The translations under genes and the position numbers were made by a program. A stretch of 61,717 bases of DNA, filler included, from Trichosphaerium sp. ATCC 40318 (taxonomy: Eukaryota; Protista; Tubulinea): the NCBI GenBank assembly GCA_038496445.1. It is 3 parts of 3 records of this genome, joined end to end, with 100 filler letters (N's around TTAATTAATTAA, not from the genome) between each part and the next. Parts side by side here need not be neighbours in the genome. Positions count along the whole stretch, not along the records: positions 26,465 to 47,937 come from JALMLS010000317.1; positions 48,038 to 61,717 come from JALMLS010000298.1; 1 more part is not named here. One strand, given 5' to 3'. Positions 36,716 to 49,606 of this stretch are shown here, one piece after another; within the stretch, counting starts at the first letter, position 1, and each line of letters starts with the position of its first letter. Below the pieces are notes generated by a model that saw only the letters and a program-made list of their open reading frames with translations, ran no database searches and was not told the DNA's origin.

Positions 36716-39267
36716 CTGTCAAAAACCCATTGTACGTTTGAGCAAGGCACGTTCCCCAATAACTTTGACAGTGGCGATACATTACGTTGTGAGGTTGGCA
36801 GAAAACCATATACTCAAATATTGGCTGTCGTTTGTGTTTTACTAATATTTTCCAGCAACCATCTTCGAAAAGCGTGAGTTCAATCTTTGGAAAAATTTTA
36901 ATTCTGATTGGCTATACTGCTGGTCACAAAGCCTGAGGCCTTCCTCTGTTGACACAATGCGAAACCAAAAACCAAACAAATATCTTCATAATCATCATTG
37001 GCATTCAGTAATTGTTTGTGCCAATAGAGTTACAATATTGTGGTAACATACTTTATTCATATTCCCAATTCCCGACATTATAAAAACGGATTCTCCAAGC
37101 TAGAAATTTGTGTTTTTTCGCATTAATGACAGTATAAAAGTATTTTACTGGCGTTTGATAAGTGAGAGGTAGTTGTTTAAGTACGGTAGTATCGTAAAAC
37201 AACATCAGCAAGTAGCAGTTCTATACAATGGCAGATTACGATTCAAAAAGTTGTTGTGTTGATTGAATATGTAATTTGTATGTGTACAAGAGATAACTCG
37301 AATTTAATAAATGGGAAAAGTCTCTGGCTACGCGATCCAGGGGATCGAAGCTGAGTGGGACGTATACTCTCCTCCAATCTGGTATTGTAGCTCAACAAGA
37401 ACGCATGAAATACATACATACAAACAAACTGATAAATGGACTAAAGAACTGGTAATCACCACTTCACAGCCTCAATAGTTCCCTAATGAGATTCGAAATA
37501 TAGGCTGCAACTGAAGTTTAAGACGGTCTGAAGTGAGTAAAACCGTCTCGAAGATTCATCAAAAGCCCACAAATACCAAAAACTCAAAATTGCAAGTGCC
37601 ACCATACAGGTTTGTGACTACTCTAAGCTTGCTGGCTACAATCTTGACAATGTAACACAGGCTTAGGGACGATTTTTGTAAGCAGTTCACACTTTCAAAA
37701 AAAGTCTAGCACACCTCAAAAACGTTATTTTTGGCCAAATTTTGGGTATGCTTCAAAGCACAGTTGTGTCTACAGTTTAGATGAAACAGAACTTGCTGGT
37801 AATTAATAGTGTACTTCAATCAACTATTTCATTGAATCCAAAAACGAGTTTTTTCTGCCTGGGATCATATTCTTCTCCTCTAACACCACCATGTTTTGCA
37901 GGTAATTCTTGAACACCATAGTGATTAAGGATTACATTCTGTCGTTTGGTGCATTTTTTATCACTTTTAGTGTTCCACATAAAGCTAGCATCACCTGTCT
38001 CTATACCTGATTGCTGTAAATTGGTCATTGTTTTGAACAATCATTCTAACCCACAGATACCTTTTTCAAATCTTTCCTTTTGGCAGCAGGTGCTCAATAA
38101 ACCATTGTCTACCTACCAGCAGTTATAGAGTATTTGATAATTTAGGTATCAAAACACGGAGGTTACTTTTTCATAGAAGTTGATGAACATAATATTTAAA
38201 TGAAAATGGCAAAATACTCACTCTTGCTTGGTATTTTATTGAATCAGAGGTCCATACAGCTTGCTGTAGTTATGTTTTACCACTACAGAAGTTTTAGAGA
38301 CAGAACTTACTTTTTACATGGAGATACTTCAGTACTTACCAAAAACAGTTTCTTTGAAACTATGCTGCTACAGTTATTTAACTATTGCTGAAATTTATGC
38401 TGTATCATATACAGTGTATGGACTATACTTTCAAAGAGTACAGGACCTTCAATAACTCATGGTATTTCATAAAATGTAAAACTGCTTTTGGTAAATGGAG
38501 TACGGAATATTGGAATTTACAGATTACGCAAGGCTGTACAGACTTGAAACCCTTCTTAACATATGTCAAATAGCTATTAAATGTATGTACGCCATTTAAA
38601 TGCTTGTACACGCTTGCCCTACATCGGTATTGGGGAACTCGATTTGACTAGAATATTAACACAGCAAACCAGCGTTTTAAGCGTTTTCCGAGCGATAAAC
38701 GTCATTTAAAGGTACATTGTACATACACGTTCATATTGTGGTACCATAAGCTTTATTTTAGCCCATAACGCATAAATTTATTTGCAAGAGCTGTTTATGA
38801 TGATTCCATGCTCAAACCATCTGTTTATTCTCAATGAAGCTCGATTGAAGCTTTTTTAGCTATGTATTAAAAAAATACGCCAAAAAACATGTAAAAAAGT
38901 AAATAATTTATTTCACACTTAAAACATAACAATAGAGCCATTCGTTCTAGAGATATATTAACACACGCTAAAGCATTGATATAAGAGGTGTGAACCGCTT
39001 ACAAAAATAGTCCCTATTTAAATAATTACAAAAACTCGACAATAAGGCATTCTATGCCAGCGTACTTATTCTATCTATGACAAATTGGGAAGAAAACGGA
39101 ATGAAACAAAGTACATACAATGATAAAATACAAGTTTTTTGACTAACATGTTGGGAACGCTACAAACATTTGCTAGAATAAAATCAGTAGTGACTACGCT
39201 AGAGCCACCAAAAACTATGCGCCTTTCCTCCCAAGCGCATCTTCTTTTTGACACAGTAAGCTAATTT

Positions 39268-42200
39268 GCAGACATTCCCAAAAATCCAAAAAAAAGTCCA
39301 AAAAATTCTTTTTATTTTTGGGAATGGTTCGTTTTAGGTTGAAGCGTGATTGGGTATGTGTTCGTTATGCTTATGGCAATTTTAAGGTACCACGCCATGT
39401 CGCTAGAGGGACTAGCAAATATTGATCAGTTTTAACAGCATTAATCACTAAATATTGTTTAGCGCAGAGAAAAAGTACAGATACGTCAATAAACAATAGC
39501 GCGAAAAAAAAAAAAACCAGATTGACACTTTGTCAAGTTTTCTTTATTTTTTTATTTTTTTTTTTCATGGCAATGCTGTTTTTGGGCGTAGAAAATGCCA
39601 TTGAACACAGTGTGAGCCAAAAAACAAGTTTTTCCAATTTTTTTTTTTGTACCCTCTCTTTGTGCGCTAAACACTTGTAGTAGCATTTTGGTACAATATG
39701 GGCAATCACGTTAAAACTAGTTTTCCCTTGACCAAGGTTTGACAGAAAAAAAAAAACAGGTAAAAATTCTGCAAAAAAAGAAAAATTGAATTGAAGCACA
39801 TGGTTAAAGAACGGTACGTTTATTTTTCCTTTTACTCTTCTACTATGTACTCACTTTCTGTATACTTTTTGGGTCTAATGCTGGCTCGCTTTTCATCCTT
39901 TTTACGCAAACGGCGTTTAAATACTGGTTCATTATTTTCATCCCATTCTTCAATGTGATCACCTCCAAGTAATCTCTGGAGTGCTTTAAAATTTTCCTAA
40001 ATAAACGGTAAGCTTATGTTAATTGTAGATGGCAGTACTTGGCGTTTAGAGATATTCACAGCAATTATCTCTGTCTCCAACAAATCTACCTCACGAGCTG
40101 GAAGACTTTCAAGTACGTCATCAGGTGTAGGTGCAATACAAGGTGTGTAACCTTCTTCAATAGTGATGGCGTTGGATGCTTCAACACCTTCAACCTCAGG
40201 TACGTTATCTTGGACCAATGTATTGTCCTCACTTGCTGATTTCTTTGAAGACAAAGGAGTGGTGAGCTGCAAGTTAAACGCAGTGGTATCTACTTCATTG
40301 GGCTCATGCCTTTGGCGTTTACGCTTACAACTACGAGGTTTTGGAGGTTGAGTACGTACTATGTGCATTTGCTTTTTGGTCTTGCCTGTAAAACGTTGTT
40401 AGTACAGAGCAACTACAGTAATTTAAAAAAATTATCTTACCAACCATAGAATCTCTAATACGCTGTAGACCGCGCATGGATATAACGTCGTCTTTGGTTA
40501 TGCTCACAGCCAATATGTGCTTGCAAGGCTTACCAAAGAGATGATATTGGTCACAACTACAATACGCATCATGTATAGTGTTGCCACAGGTAACATTGTA
40601 GGTATGGTCAGGTACAGACTGCGATTTTACCAAATAGAAAACAATATTGTTATTAACGTCCAATACAGGTTCTACATTGCCTTCCTATGATAAAATTAGG
40701 CTAAAACATGAATAAATATTTAAAGGTACCTCTTCAGATATTTCTTTGCCGAGGTACAAACTTTTTCTCACTGACTTTTCTTCCTTAGAGAGCGCTGGTG
40801 GAACTTTAGAAAGGTACCCAAGTTTCCACCCTTCACTAAGCAACATGTAGCTTACTTTAAGTGCTAGCAAAGAAATGGACTCAGAAGATTTTTTCATGCC
40901 TACAGATTTTTATTTTCTGATGCAACACAAATTACAACGTACGATAAACAATTGCCTTTTGTTTGAAAACAGTCTCCGTCTTGTTGTTAGTATTCCAAAG
41001 ACCCAATTGAGTTTTACGAATACTTCCGCAGTCAGCCCACAAATCTCTCCAAAAGTCAGTAAACCAAAACTCGTTGAAGTAGTCAATTAGTTGTTGTGCT
41101 AAACAAATTATTAGTTTACTTAGAAGCTATTTGGTTACCTTTTTTTTGGTTAACAACGATCTGTTTTACAAAATTAGGGAAACTCGCTTTCAATGTGTTA
41201 AACTTCTCCATGTCAGGACTACGCTCCATGCGTATCAAAGCGTCCAAAAGACGCTTTCTAATCACAGTGAGTAAGTGATTTTATTAAAAACCCGCTTGAG
41301 TACGTACCTAATCTTTTTAAACCCAGCCATGGTCTTTACTATTTTTTTGGCAATCGCACACTTCCAATTAGTGTGGTAATGCCACTGACACAAAACAACT
41401 TTCCATCCAATATCTAATGCTGCTTGTATAGTTGTTTCGCATCGATCACACATCACCACAGGAGTGTACGGAATGCCATAGCGTTCTTCCATTTTTTGTT
41501 TAATAACTCCAAAAATAGTTGACGCATTGACTTTGTTGTGAGCGCTACAGATAGCAAATAGAGGAACAAACCCTCTACCATCTACCGAGTGCTCGATAGT
41601 GAGAGCACACAAAGGAAATCTAGATTGAAGGCTTAGTGGTACGAAAACAGTTTAAACAAAATGTATTATTGTACCAATGTTTATTACTTTTATACTCTTC
41701 ATCCCATCCAATCACTTCTCTTCCGTATTTGTGCAACATTTCCATCCAGTTTGTTTTATTTTTACCATCTTTTTCTGTAACTCCCAAAAGAAACGACCAA
41801 TCGCTGTCTCCAGAACTTGGAAAATCAGATGTATGTTGAGGATATACAACATAAGGACGGAGGGTAGGAGATAGTAACACATCTGATATTTCTTTGGCAA
41901 CAGTATCAGGCACTCTGCAAAAAGAGGTAAGTTGTACAAAAAAAATAAAAAAAATAAAATCATACTTATATTGTGTACGAGCCCTTGTCCACCAAGAATG
42001 CATCCACTTGGTTATCGCAGATAGATCTGGATGCCACTTTGTAGTAACTCCCAATTTTTGGATAAGTTTAGGGACCATGACTCTGTGTACGTAGGATGGA
42101 TTTATTGCACCAAAATAATTGTCTCCAAAATCGTCTAGTTCTTTTGCAAACTTTCTTATCTAAATAGCGTTTAGTTTAACGTGCAATGAGAAAACAACAA

Positions 42201-42741
42201 GATGTACCAAGAAATAAAAAAAACTTTTGTCTACTGTCTTTCTTGCTGAAAACTCTGGTGCGTGGTTGCCATACAAATCGATGTAGGCTATATCCGGAGC
42301 GCTTGTTCGCACATAAATGTGCCGTTCTACATTACAACAGGAGCCTTTAGGGCAGCTGGTACATTTGCCCTTTTCGTGTGCTATTAAAACACATTTGTCT
42401 ACGGGTTTAGTGCATCTATAATACTGCAAAGCTTTCGCGCCATTCAAAGACAGATTACGAAAGTCTGGTCCTCCCAATGACTTCTGTTGTTTGAAGTACC
42501 TGCCGCAACGCATCAATGGTTGAGTGCCAATGCGTTTAACGTTGTGTCTCATATAGTCAGGGGCATTTAATTGCAAGAAGATAGGCAAATGCCTCAAAGT
42601 GCACTGTGAGGATAGTGTGACACCTTCTCTACTCCACCGTGACATTGCCTGGGAAAATAACTGCTATTAAACTAAAACGCGCCAATCCAATTTATAAAAT
42701 TTATTTTTGGGAATGTTTAATGGATTTTTGAAGATGCCTGC
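39268..42741 (-). mobile_element. MULE-2, Mutator-like DNA transposon (3474 bp), apparently complete
   Basis: Perfect 9-bp TSD AGCTAATTT at 39259-39267 and 42742-42750; imperfect TIRs GCAGACATTCCCAAAAATCCA / TGGATTTTTGAAGATGCCTGC. Confidence 0.9.
39832..42645 (-). CDS. Spliced MULE transposase with SWIM zinc finger
   Basis: GWDEEYKSNKHW|FPLCALTIEH, VVMCDRCE, VLCQWHY (CxxH), SWIM CSCDQYHLFGKPCKHILAV; ends PKKYTESEYIVEE*. Confidence 0.88.
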
Positions 42742-42893
42742 AGCTAATTTAAGGAGTAAATTGGTATGTACCTATTTCTTTCCATCTCCACTACAAGTGA
42801 AACTTTGATTTCAAAAATAAAACAGAAAAAGGATTAATTGAAGAGATGTTTATTTGCGTATGCTTGAAGAAGTAGTAGCTTTTTTCATACAAT

Positions 42894-43103
42894 TTAGTAA
42901 GGAGCTTTGCTCATACACGCCAAGAAGTCAGAACACCCGTTATTGCATGGAAAATAGCGAATACAGCATCTGTACTTAAGGATTTTTGTGTCGCAGTCCT
43001 CGCAAGATTGTTGTGGAAGAGAAGCGACCTCACAATCGTCTGAAACTACTCCCAAGAATAGAATAGCTAGTGTAAAGAAGATAAGAATTGTTGAGGTACG
43101 CAT
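42894..43103 (-). CDS. Small secreted cysteine-rich peptide (69 aa, 8 Cys)
   Basis: Signal MRTSTILIFFTLAILFLGVVS, then DDCEVASLPQQSCEDCDTKILKYRCCIRYFPCNNGCSDFLACMSKAPY; AATAAA about 40 bp downstream on the minus strand. Confidence 0.7.
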   Translation of the reverse strand: MRTSTILIFFTLAILFLGVVSDDCEVASLPQQSCEDCDTKILKYRCCIRYFPCNNGCSDFLACMSKAPY

Positions 43104-45085
43104 TTTGTTGTAGTTTAAACTTAATGCTTCTGTTTTGGATTGTGATAAAATCACATTGCTTCTTGCGTTGTTGTGTAACGCATTGTTGGGTGTGTTTGGG
43201 TACCACCCGAAGTATTCTTTCTGTTACAAAAGGTTACTGTGACATAGGTCCTGTTAAAGCCCTATAGACGTATGGAGTTACAAAGAAAGGTATCAAATTG
43301 TTTCTTGTTTTCTGTTCACTCGAAAGTTTTTAAAATAAAAACAACTAGCGCTAGTACAGGTTGGGTGTCGTGAATTCTTAAACACCAAACTATATTGTGG
43401 GTACCTTTATTTGGTTAACATGACATGGTTCATGCGTGATAAATGGCGCAAATGGGTTTTACCCTTTGAGTAATTCAAAATTACAACAGCAAACATTCAC
43501 GGTTTATCTTCTCATAAGCAAAAAAGTTGTGTACTGTAATAAGAACCCCTTAAAAGTGTTTGTTAGCATTTATACTCAAACTGGTTTCTAAAATGACCCT
43601 GTAAAAACGATGCGGAGAGCTTTGGGCTTCACAATGGGGCAATCTGGATTTTATGTTCAGCTGCGCTTTAAACCATGTGAACAAACTTTTTTTCGTCTAC
43701 AACAAGATCACGAAACTAAACCACAAAGAGTTTCAAACAACTACAGTCTTATAGACTCACAAAAGATTTGCGCGTTGAATGATGCACATTTTAATGTTCA
43801 ATGAAGAATGGTCTTGCTACCGACATACTAAAACATAGTTACGAGTATGAACATATTGTACAGAACGAAATTTGTCAATAGCCAGGTAAGAAGACAAAAC
43901 AATCTTCAAAAAGAAGCGATAGCCTTTTTTCTTTACCATTGCCGGGTATTTCTACGCTATGGGTATCAGACATGTCGACAGACAGAAGTAACAAACCAGC
44001 TTCCAGAACATATTAATACGTGGAGAAATAGTACAAACCATTGTTGTTTTTAAACCACATTTTCTATTGACATCAGCTTCCTGGTGTGTTTTGAAAAGTG
44101 GTTCGTTAGTACTACACACTCAAAACGTTTATAACCGACAACATACGTTTAAAGGTGCTTAACAAAACGTACAATACCAAAGTTTGGGTAGCTCAAATTT
44201 GAAACTATTGTTCGCGAATTCATTTTCGAAGACTCACGTGTTTGGCCTTGTACATTATGTAGAGCGCAGCTCATTTTTTAGTCTTATATTTTCTGAAAAG
44301 TGGTGGATGACCTTTGTAGCCACGTGGTGGCGAACGGGTAACTCCATAAGAAAAAATACTGAAAGTATTGTTGGTTAAATTCTGCTTATGACTACACGCT
44401 CGTACAGCCCAACCATGCTCTCTTTTGCGAAATATTGTTCACAAACACGTTGGATACACTAAGTCAATGTTAACAGGGCTTATGATATAAGACCACTTTC
44501 TGGCAGGCCCATATGAAGAATACGAAAGGTTAATCTTAGTACATACAATAATTAGACGACAACTTTGAGGTAACTTGCACGTAGTGAGGTGTACTTACTA
44601 TCGGATTTACGGACCAAATCAATAACAGATGAGGTTGTTAAGATGTTGGCTGGTGTTGGTAAACGAAATGGAGAATACAAATGAACTTGCTAGCAAGTTT
44701 TTGTTCAGATGAAAAACAAAAACAGAAAGACTCTATTTGCTAAAAACAGAGTGCGTTGATACGATCATTAAACAAGTTGTTGTTGCCTATCCACATACAT
44801 GTGTGTTGCTCTTGAGCGCAATTAAACCTGTGACAGGTGCATATTCCATTCATTGATGACTTCCTTACAATTCCATGGCAGTCTTGAACCTTGCACTATT
44901 TGCCTGGCATCTACCCATCTCATGACAAGCCACTCAAGTCAATGGCACAAGTGGGTTGATGGTAAATAAAATAATGAATCCAAACTGGTAACCCCGAAGC
45001 ACTCTCTATTTTCTATGAAAACAAAACAATAAAAGATAGTTCGTGTATTTATTATCTTCTTGTTGGTACATAACGTCCTTCTTTT

Positions 45086-47937
45086 TTACAATACAACACG
45101 GTTTACTGTTCCTTTTGTTGGAACACAACCCATTATCTCAAAAGTAAACTGTGTTGCTTTTTTCATTGGAAGCCTCATTTGTACAACACATCTACCTCTG
45201 ATATTCTCAACACGTAGTTTTTGGCTTCTAGCAAGTCCAGTACGATGTGGTGTTATTATGCCTTTGTAACCCATATGTAGTATATTACAAATACCCTTTT
45301 CAAGTGCCATAACACAATGATCTCCTTCTTTTGTACAAGACCTACCAACAAAGACAAAATGTTAACAAAATAAAACAATCCTTTGATTTTAAAAAACTCA
45401 TCAAGGACTGTGGATCCTTCAAGTTCATTCAACTTTTATCACTGGTGTTGCTGTTCTTATTTAGTATATGAGGTAGATATAACAGTTATCTGTAGAACTT
45501 TACAAACCTGACAACTCAAAAAAAATCAAAAGTAGCAAACAATGATAAAAGTCGAATGAACTTGATGACTAAAGGTATTTTAAGTACCAAAGAAACCCTC
45601 CTGCGATTAAAGAATACTTTTTAGAAGAATCAAAAGTAACTTTCCTTGACCCTAGTGTGACCCACCTGACAAAAACGTTGAGTTATTGTAAATATAAGGT
45701 ATTCATGTGCCTTGTTGGTTTTGTATCAGTGCAAGCCTGTTGGAAGCTTTTTGCGTTCTTGTTAAGATCCTTCGAAGTTACGATAGAACCCAAGAAATCA
45801 TGCCACCATAGTACTTTTGGTTTATCTTTACAAAGGTAAAGATACGATGCAAATGTAGGTGGTAACTCTTTAGCTAATTCATCAGCTATACGAAAATGTG
45901 ACCCCATTCCTTTATTCAAAAAACATTAGTTTAATAGTTGTTTATGATATTGGCACTGTTGTAGTCGCTTAGCCAATGTTACAACTATACAGGTTTTACT
46001 ATTACAAGTAACATAAAGTTGTACGAAGCATTGGTTAAGCGAGTACAAAGTTGTATTTAAAGTAGAAACATGTTTTTTTTGAATGAAATCAAAGCGAACT
46101 TGGAAGTAAATTTATAATTCTAATTCGTTGTTAGTCCTTTTGGTACATAGTTATGTGACCGCTACATAATAAAATAATTTTGCTGGATTATTTTTAAAAG
46201 GCGTACTTGCGAGTATCCATAGATCTGCTTTTGATGTAAAAAAAGAATTGATTTCTTCATATTTTTGAATAAATATAAGCAACAATGCTTCAGGAATCCT
46301 TATTCTTTTCTTATTCTGGAAAAGATAATACATGAACCCATTTCCTTTCAAGTAATTCTTTGATACTAATGTAAACAATTCACCACATTTATCAGAACTT
46401 GGTTTTTTCAATAAACTATTAGCATCTAAGTAAATCAAATAGCTCAATATCACATTCAATAACTAACGTCCAAAATACATAACTCTGAAGATCCTCAGCC
46501 AATACCTAAGAGAGTATACTATTAGTACATTTCTAGTTTCATTAAAGGGTAGGTTATGAAGTACCTTTCCGAGCTTAACAACAATACCTTTAAGTGTTTT
46601 ATAAGGTAGTTTCTTCTCTTTGAGAGTATTTACCTCTGCTATATGGTTCATACTTGTCATAATATTCAAGAAATAAAAAGCAGACTCAGGTGTTTCATCT
46701 TGAACTAGGATATATGGTATGACATCTGATTGTTTGAAACCACCTGTGAACTGATTCATAAAGTACCTTTTGAAAAAAAACAAAAAGTAAGTTCAAAAAA
46801 AAAAGAGCAAAAAAAAAAGGTTTTACTTGTACGCACTTGTTATTAGCGCAAACGGCATATTTTGATGATTTTACTTTGAATACTGGTACATCTTTATCAA
46901 CTATAATAAACGTGACATCACAAAAAGACATTGTTCCATCTCTTATGATACAAGGTAACTCTCTCGTCATAATACTATCCAAATCAACTCTAAAAAAAAT
47001 CAAAAAACAAAGTTACAAGAAGAACAGGTGCGTACTCAATTTGATACGCTTTCGCTTGCTCTTGTGCGTTTTGTTGATGGTCACTAGTGCAAGAAATGCC
47101 TCCATTTACCTCAATCTTGTGAACAAAGTCCCGAACAAACTCAAAATTTTGAGATGTGACAATAGCTGAATCGTTCGTAAGCGAGATTTTTTAACCATTG
47201 TAAGCAAAGATAACATGCAATCATGTATGTGCTTATCAATACTAAGAAATGCTTTTAATGTGATATGGTATCCCTCTTCTTTCAATAAGCATAATAACGC
47301 CATAGGCTGAAAGTAAGGCCTCCTTGCTGCCTAAAAAATTGTAAAAACATTGCATTCGCTTCAACAGGTTTTAGAAAATAAAATATACCTTCGCTGCAAA
47401 GACTTCTCTTACTCTATGTTCTGAAGACGTAACAATTATCGCAGGTGGTGGCAGCTCAAATTCAGCTACTCTTAAAAATGCCTTAGAATTATCGTCAACC
47501 TCCAAAGGTACATCACAAGTTTGAGGGATAGCGTCAAGGTCTGCGCTGTAGTTTTATTTTTAGCTAAAGGATTCCATAAAAAAATAAACCTGAAGTACCT
47601 CAAGCACTCATACATGCTTTCGTTCCTAAGCTCTTCGACTGCTATTCTTATACCATCGTATCCAATAACCTTGAAACTATCTGATGCATTACCAATGATA
47701 ACTGACGCTTCAAGCAATATCCTAGCAGTTTAATCAACACCTACCCGTAAGAAGAAAAAAAAGAGAAAAAAAAAGGGTGTACCGTCTAATTATAAGGTAA
47801 CACGTGTTTTCGGCGATAGTGTAAAACCCTTCTCCTGTATGTGTTATACCAGCTCTCCTCGCAATGCCTCGTATACCAATCAATATCCATCGTTGATAGT
47901 CCACTAGATTTTCATCATCAAAACAATCATTTACAGA
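45086..47937 (-). CDS. Large multi-exon gene (5' end beyond the contig) with a BTB/POZ-like segment
   Basis: Chain of minus-strand exons with splice signals; FCDVTFII...KYAVCANNK|YFMNQFTGGFKQS resembles the start of a BTB domain. Confidence 0.6.
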
Positions 47938-48037
47938 NNNNNNNNNNNNNNNNNNNNNNNNNNNNNNNNNNNNNNNNNNNNTTAATTAATTAANNNNNNN
48001 NNNNNNNNNNNNNNNNNNNNNNNNNNNNNNNNNNNNN
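47938..48037. other. Artificial contig linker (eukaryote/bacterium boundary)
   Basis: 44 N + TTAATTAATTAA + 44 N. Confidence 0.98.
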
Positions 48038-48446
48038 GAGTAAGACAAAAGAGCAACCATGTCCTTATATCTTCTAGCTTTAGTTTATCGTTCATCAGGA
48101 TCTGTTGTAGTGCATACTGTAAATCCGCGCCATAATCAACAAAAATCATCGCAGCTGCCAAATTGAAATGTCTGTACGCCAACATCATATCAGTTAATGC
48201 TTGGCCATCATGATATCTTTCCAAGCATACGTGCCTTGCTTCCTCTATCATCCTCTCCTCAAGGTTTATTTGGCCAAATGACAACGACGCCGATAAACTA
48301 TAGTGCCTTGGAAGCGGGGTATCTAATGGTTGAATAGTAAAGCCCAGCCCTGCGATTTCTGCCGGTTGGCCCTCCATGCCAATCAGTAGACAACTCTCAT
48401 GCATGGAAAATGCAATGAGAAGTAAGCCTACAAGTTTCTTAACCAT
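48038..48446 (-). CDS. Secreted protein with an ankyrin-like segment, cut by the contig end
   Basis: Signal MVKKLVGLLLIAFSMHESCLLIG then MEGQ; AAMIFVDYGAD. Confidence 0.55.
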
Positions 48447-48629
48447 GTATTTTCCTTGCAGTTTTAATAGCGAATATAAAGCTTAGATAAATCTAAATAA
48501 TAGCATATAAGAATATTATCCTTAAGGCAAATGGGTTAAAAAAGTCCGTCTAAGCCTTTGCTCAATAATGAATAAGCAATGATGCTACATCCTTTGTAGG
48601 ATCCCACTTAGTCATTTTCAGGCGCTTTG

Positions 48630-48810
48630 TTCAATATTTATCGGCAGCATTAGGATGAGCGCCATGCTCGAACAGCAGCTTTATGATAAGGAAGCGCCAC
48701 CCTTTTTCGAGCGCCTTGAATAAAAGCGTAGTCCCTGAGGGTAAATTGCGCGTACCAAAGCCTCTTTCGTGTGCAATGCTTACCATACGCTCAACGTTCT
48801 GAGATAGGCT
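48630..48810 (-). pseudogene. Ankyrin-repeat gene fragment
   Basis: SGTTLLFKALEKGWRFLIIKLLFEHGAHPNAADKY*; no start found. Confidence 0.55.
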
Positions 48811-48850
48811 ACTCTATAGAGTAGTTGGAGCATTCTGGAATTACGCAAAA

Positions 48851-49147
48851 TTTAACAAAGCGCAGCAAGATTTTCTTTGCCCTATGTTGAATCGGTACAT
48901 TAGCTCTGATCGGAGCCACCACTGAAAATCCCAGCTTCGAAGTAATGCCTGCCCTCCTTTCACGCTGCCATGTATTTCTTCTAGAAGAGCTTTGCGAAGA
49001 GAATATTATTACCATCATCGAGCGAAGCGGCTTAAGCATGGATGATGAAGCCAAAAAATGGTTAGCAGGAGCAGCCAGAGGCGATGCGCGGCAAGCGCTT
49101 TCTATGGCATAAAATACCGCCAAACTCTACAAAGAGATCAAGGAGGA
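48851..49147 (+). pseudogene. rarA: Internal fragment of replication-associated recombination protein A (RarA/MgsA AAA+ ATPase)
   Basis: FNKAQQD, LIGATTENPSFEV, LLSRC, GDARQAL motifs; frameshifts, an in-frame TAA, and no Walker A or C-terminal domain. Confidence 0.8.
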
Positions 49148-49606
49148 ACTTCTTTCTTTGTCTCTTGTCGTTACGCACCGTTTGGCGTCTGAACACTCAG
49201 CATAGGAATAAGAAAATAAAAGCTTTCTCATATAGTTTCCTATAAAGGATAGTAGCACTTGTTGTCTAAATTTTTGTTGACAAAGATCTGGTGCTTGATA
49301 AAGTTTTAAAAAATTCACATCTCCCTAAGTAAAAAAATCGAGATATCTTTAATCAAACATATGCACGCCTAAAGATTAAGAACATTCCGTATATCTTTTT
49401 GCCGCATAATGATACTAATAAGAACTTACTATTAAACAATACTTGAAAGAGATCTCATGCAAAAATTTAAATAAACAGCACCAAGGAAAAAACATAAACA
49501 CACGTTAAATGCGCTTCTCATATAAGTACAACAGGAGCTTTTCAAACGATAAGCAACAAGAGAGAGCGTGAGCTATATGGCACAGTATTAAGAAAAGGAA
49601 AATCGT

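Noticed and set aside
36720-39250. Short ORFs such as 37816-38040
   Set aside because: Stop-interrupted with no recognisable motif; possibly decayed sequence but not supportable.
47938-48037. Eukaryote-bacterium junction as evidence of horizontal transfer
   Set aside because: The junction is an artificial N/TTAATTAATTAA linker.
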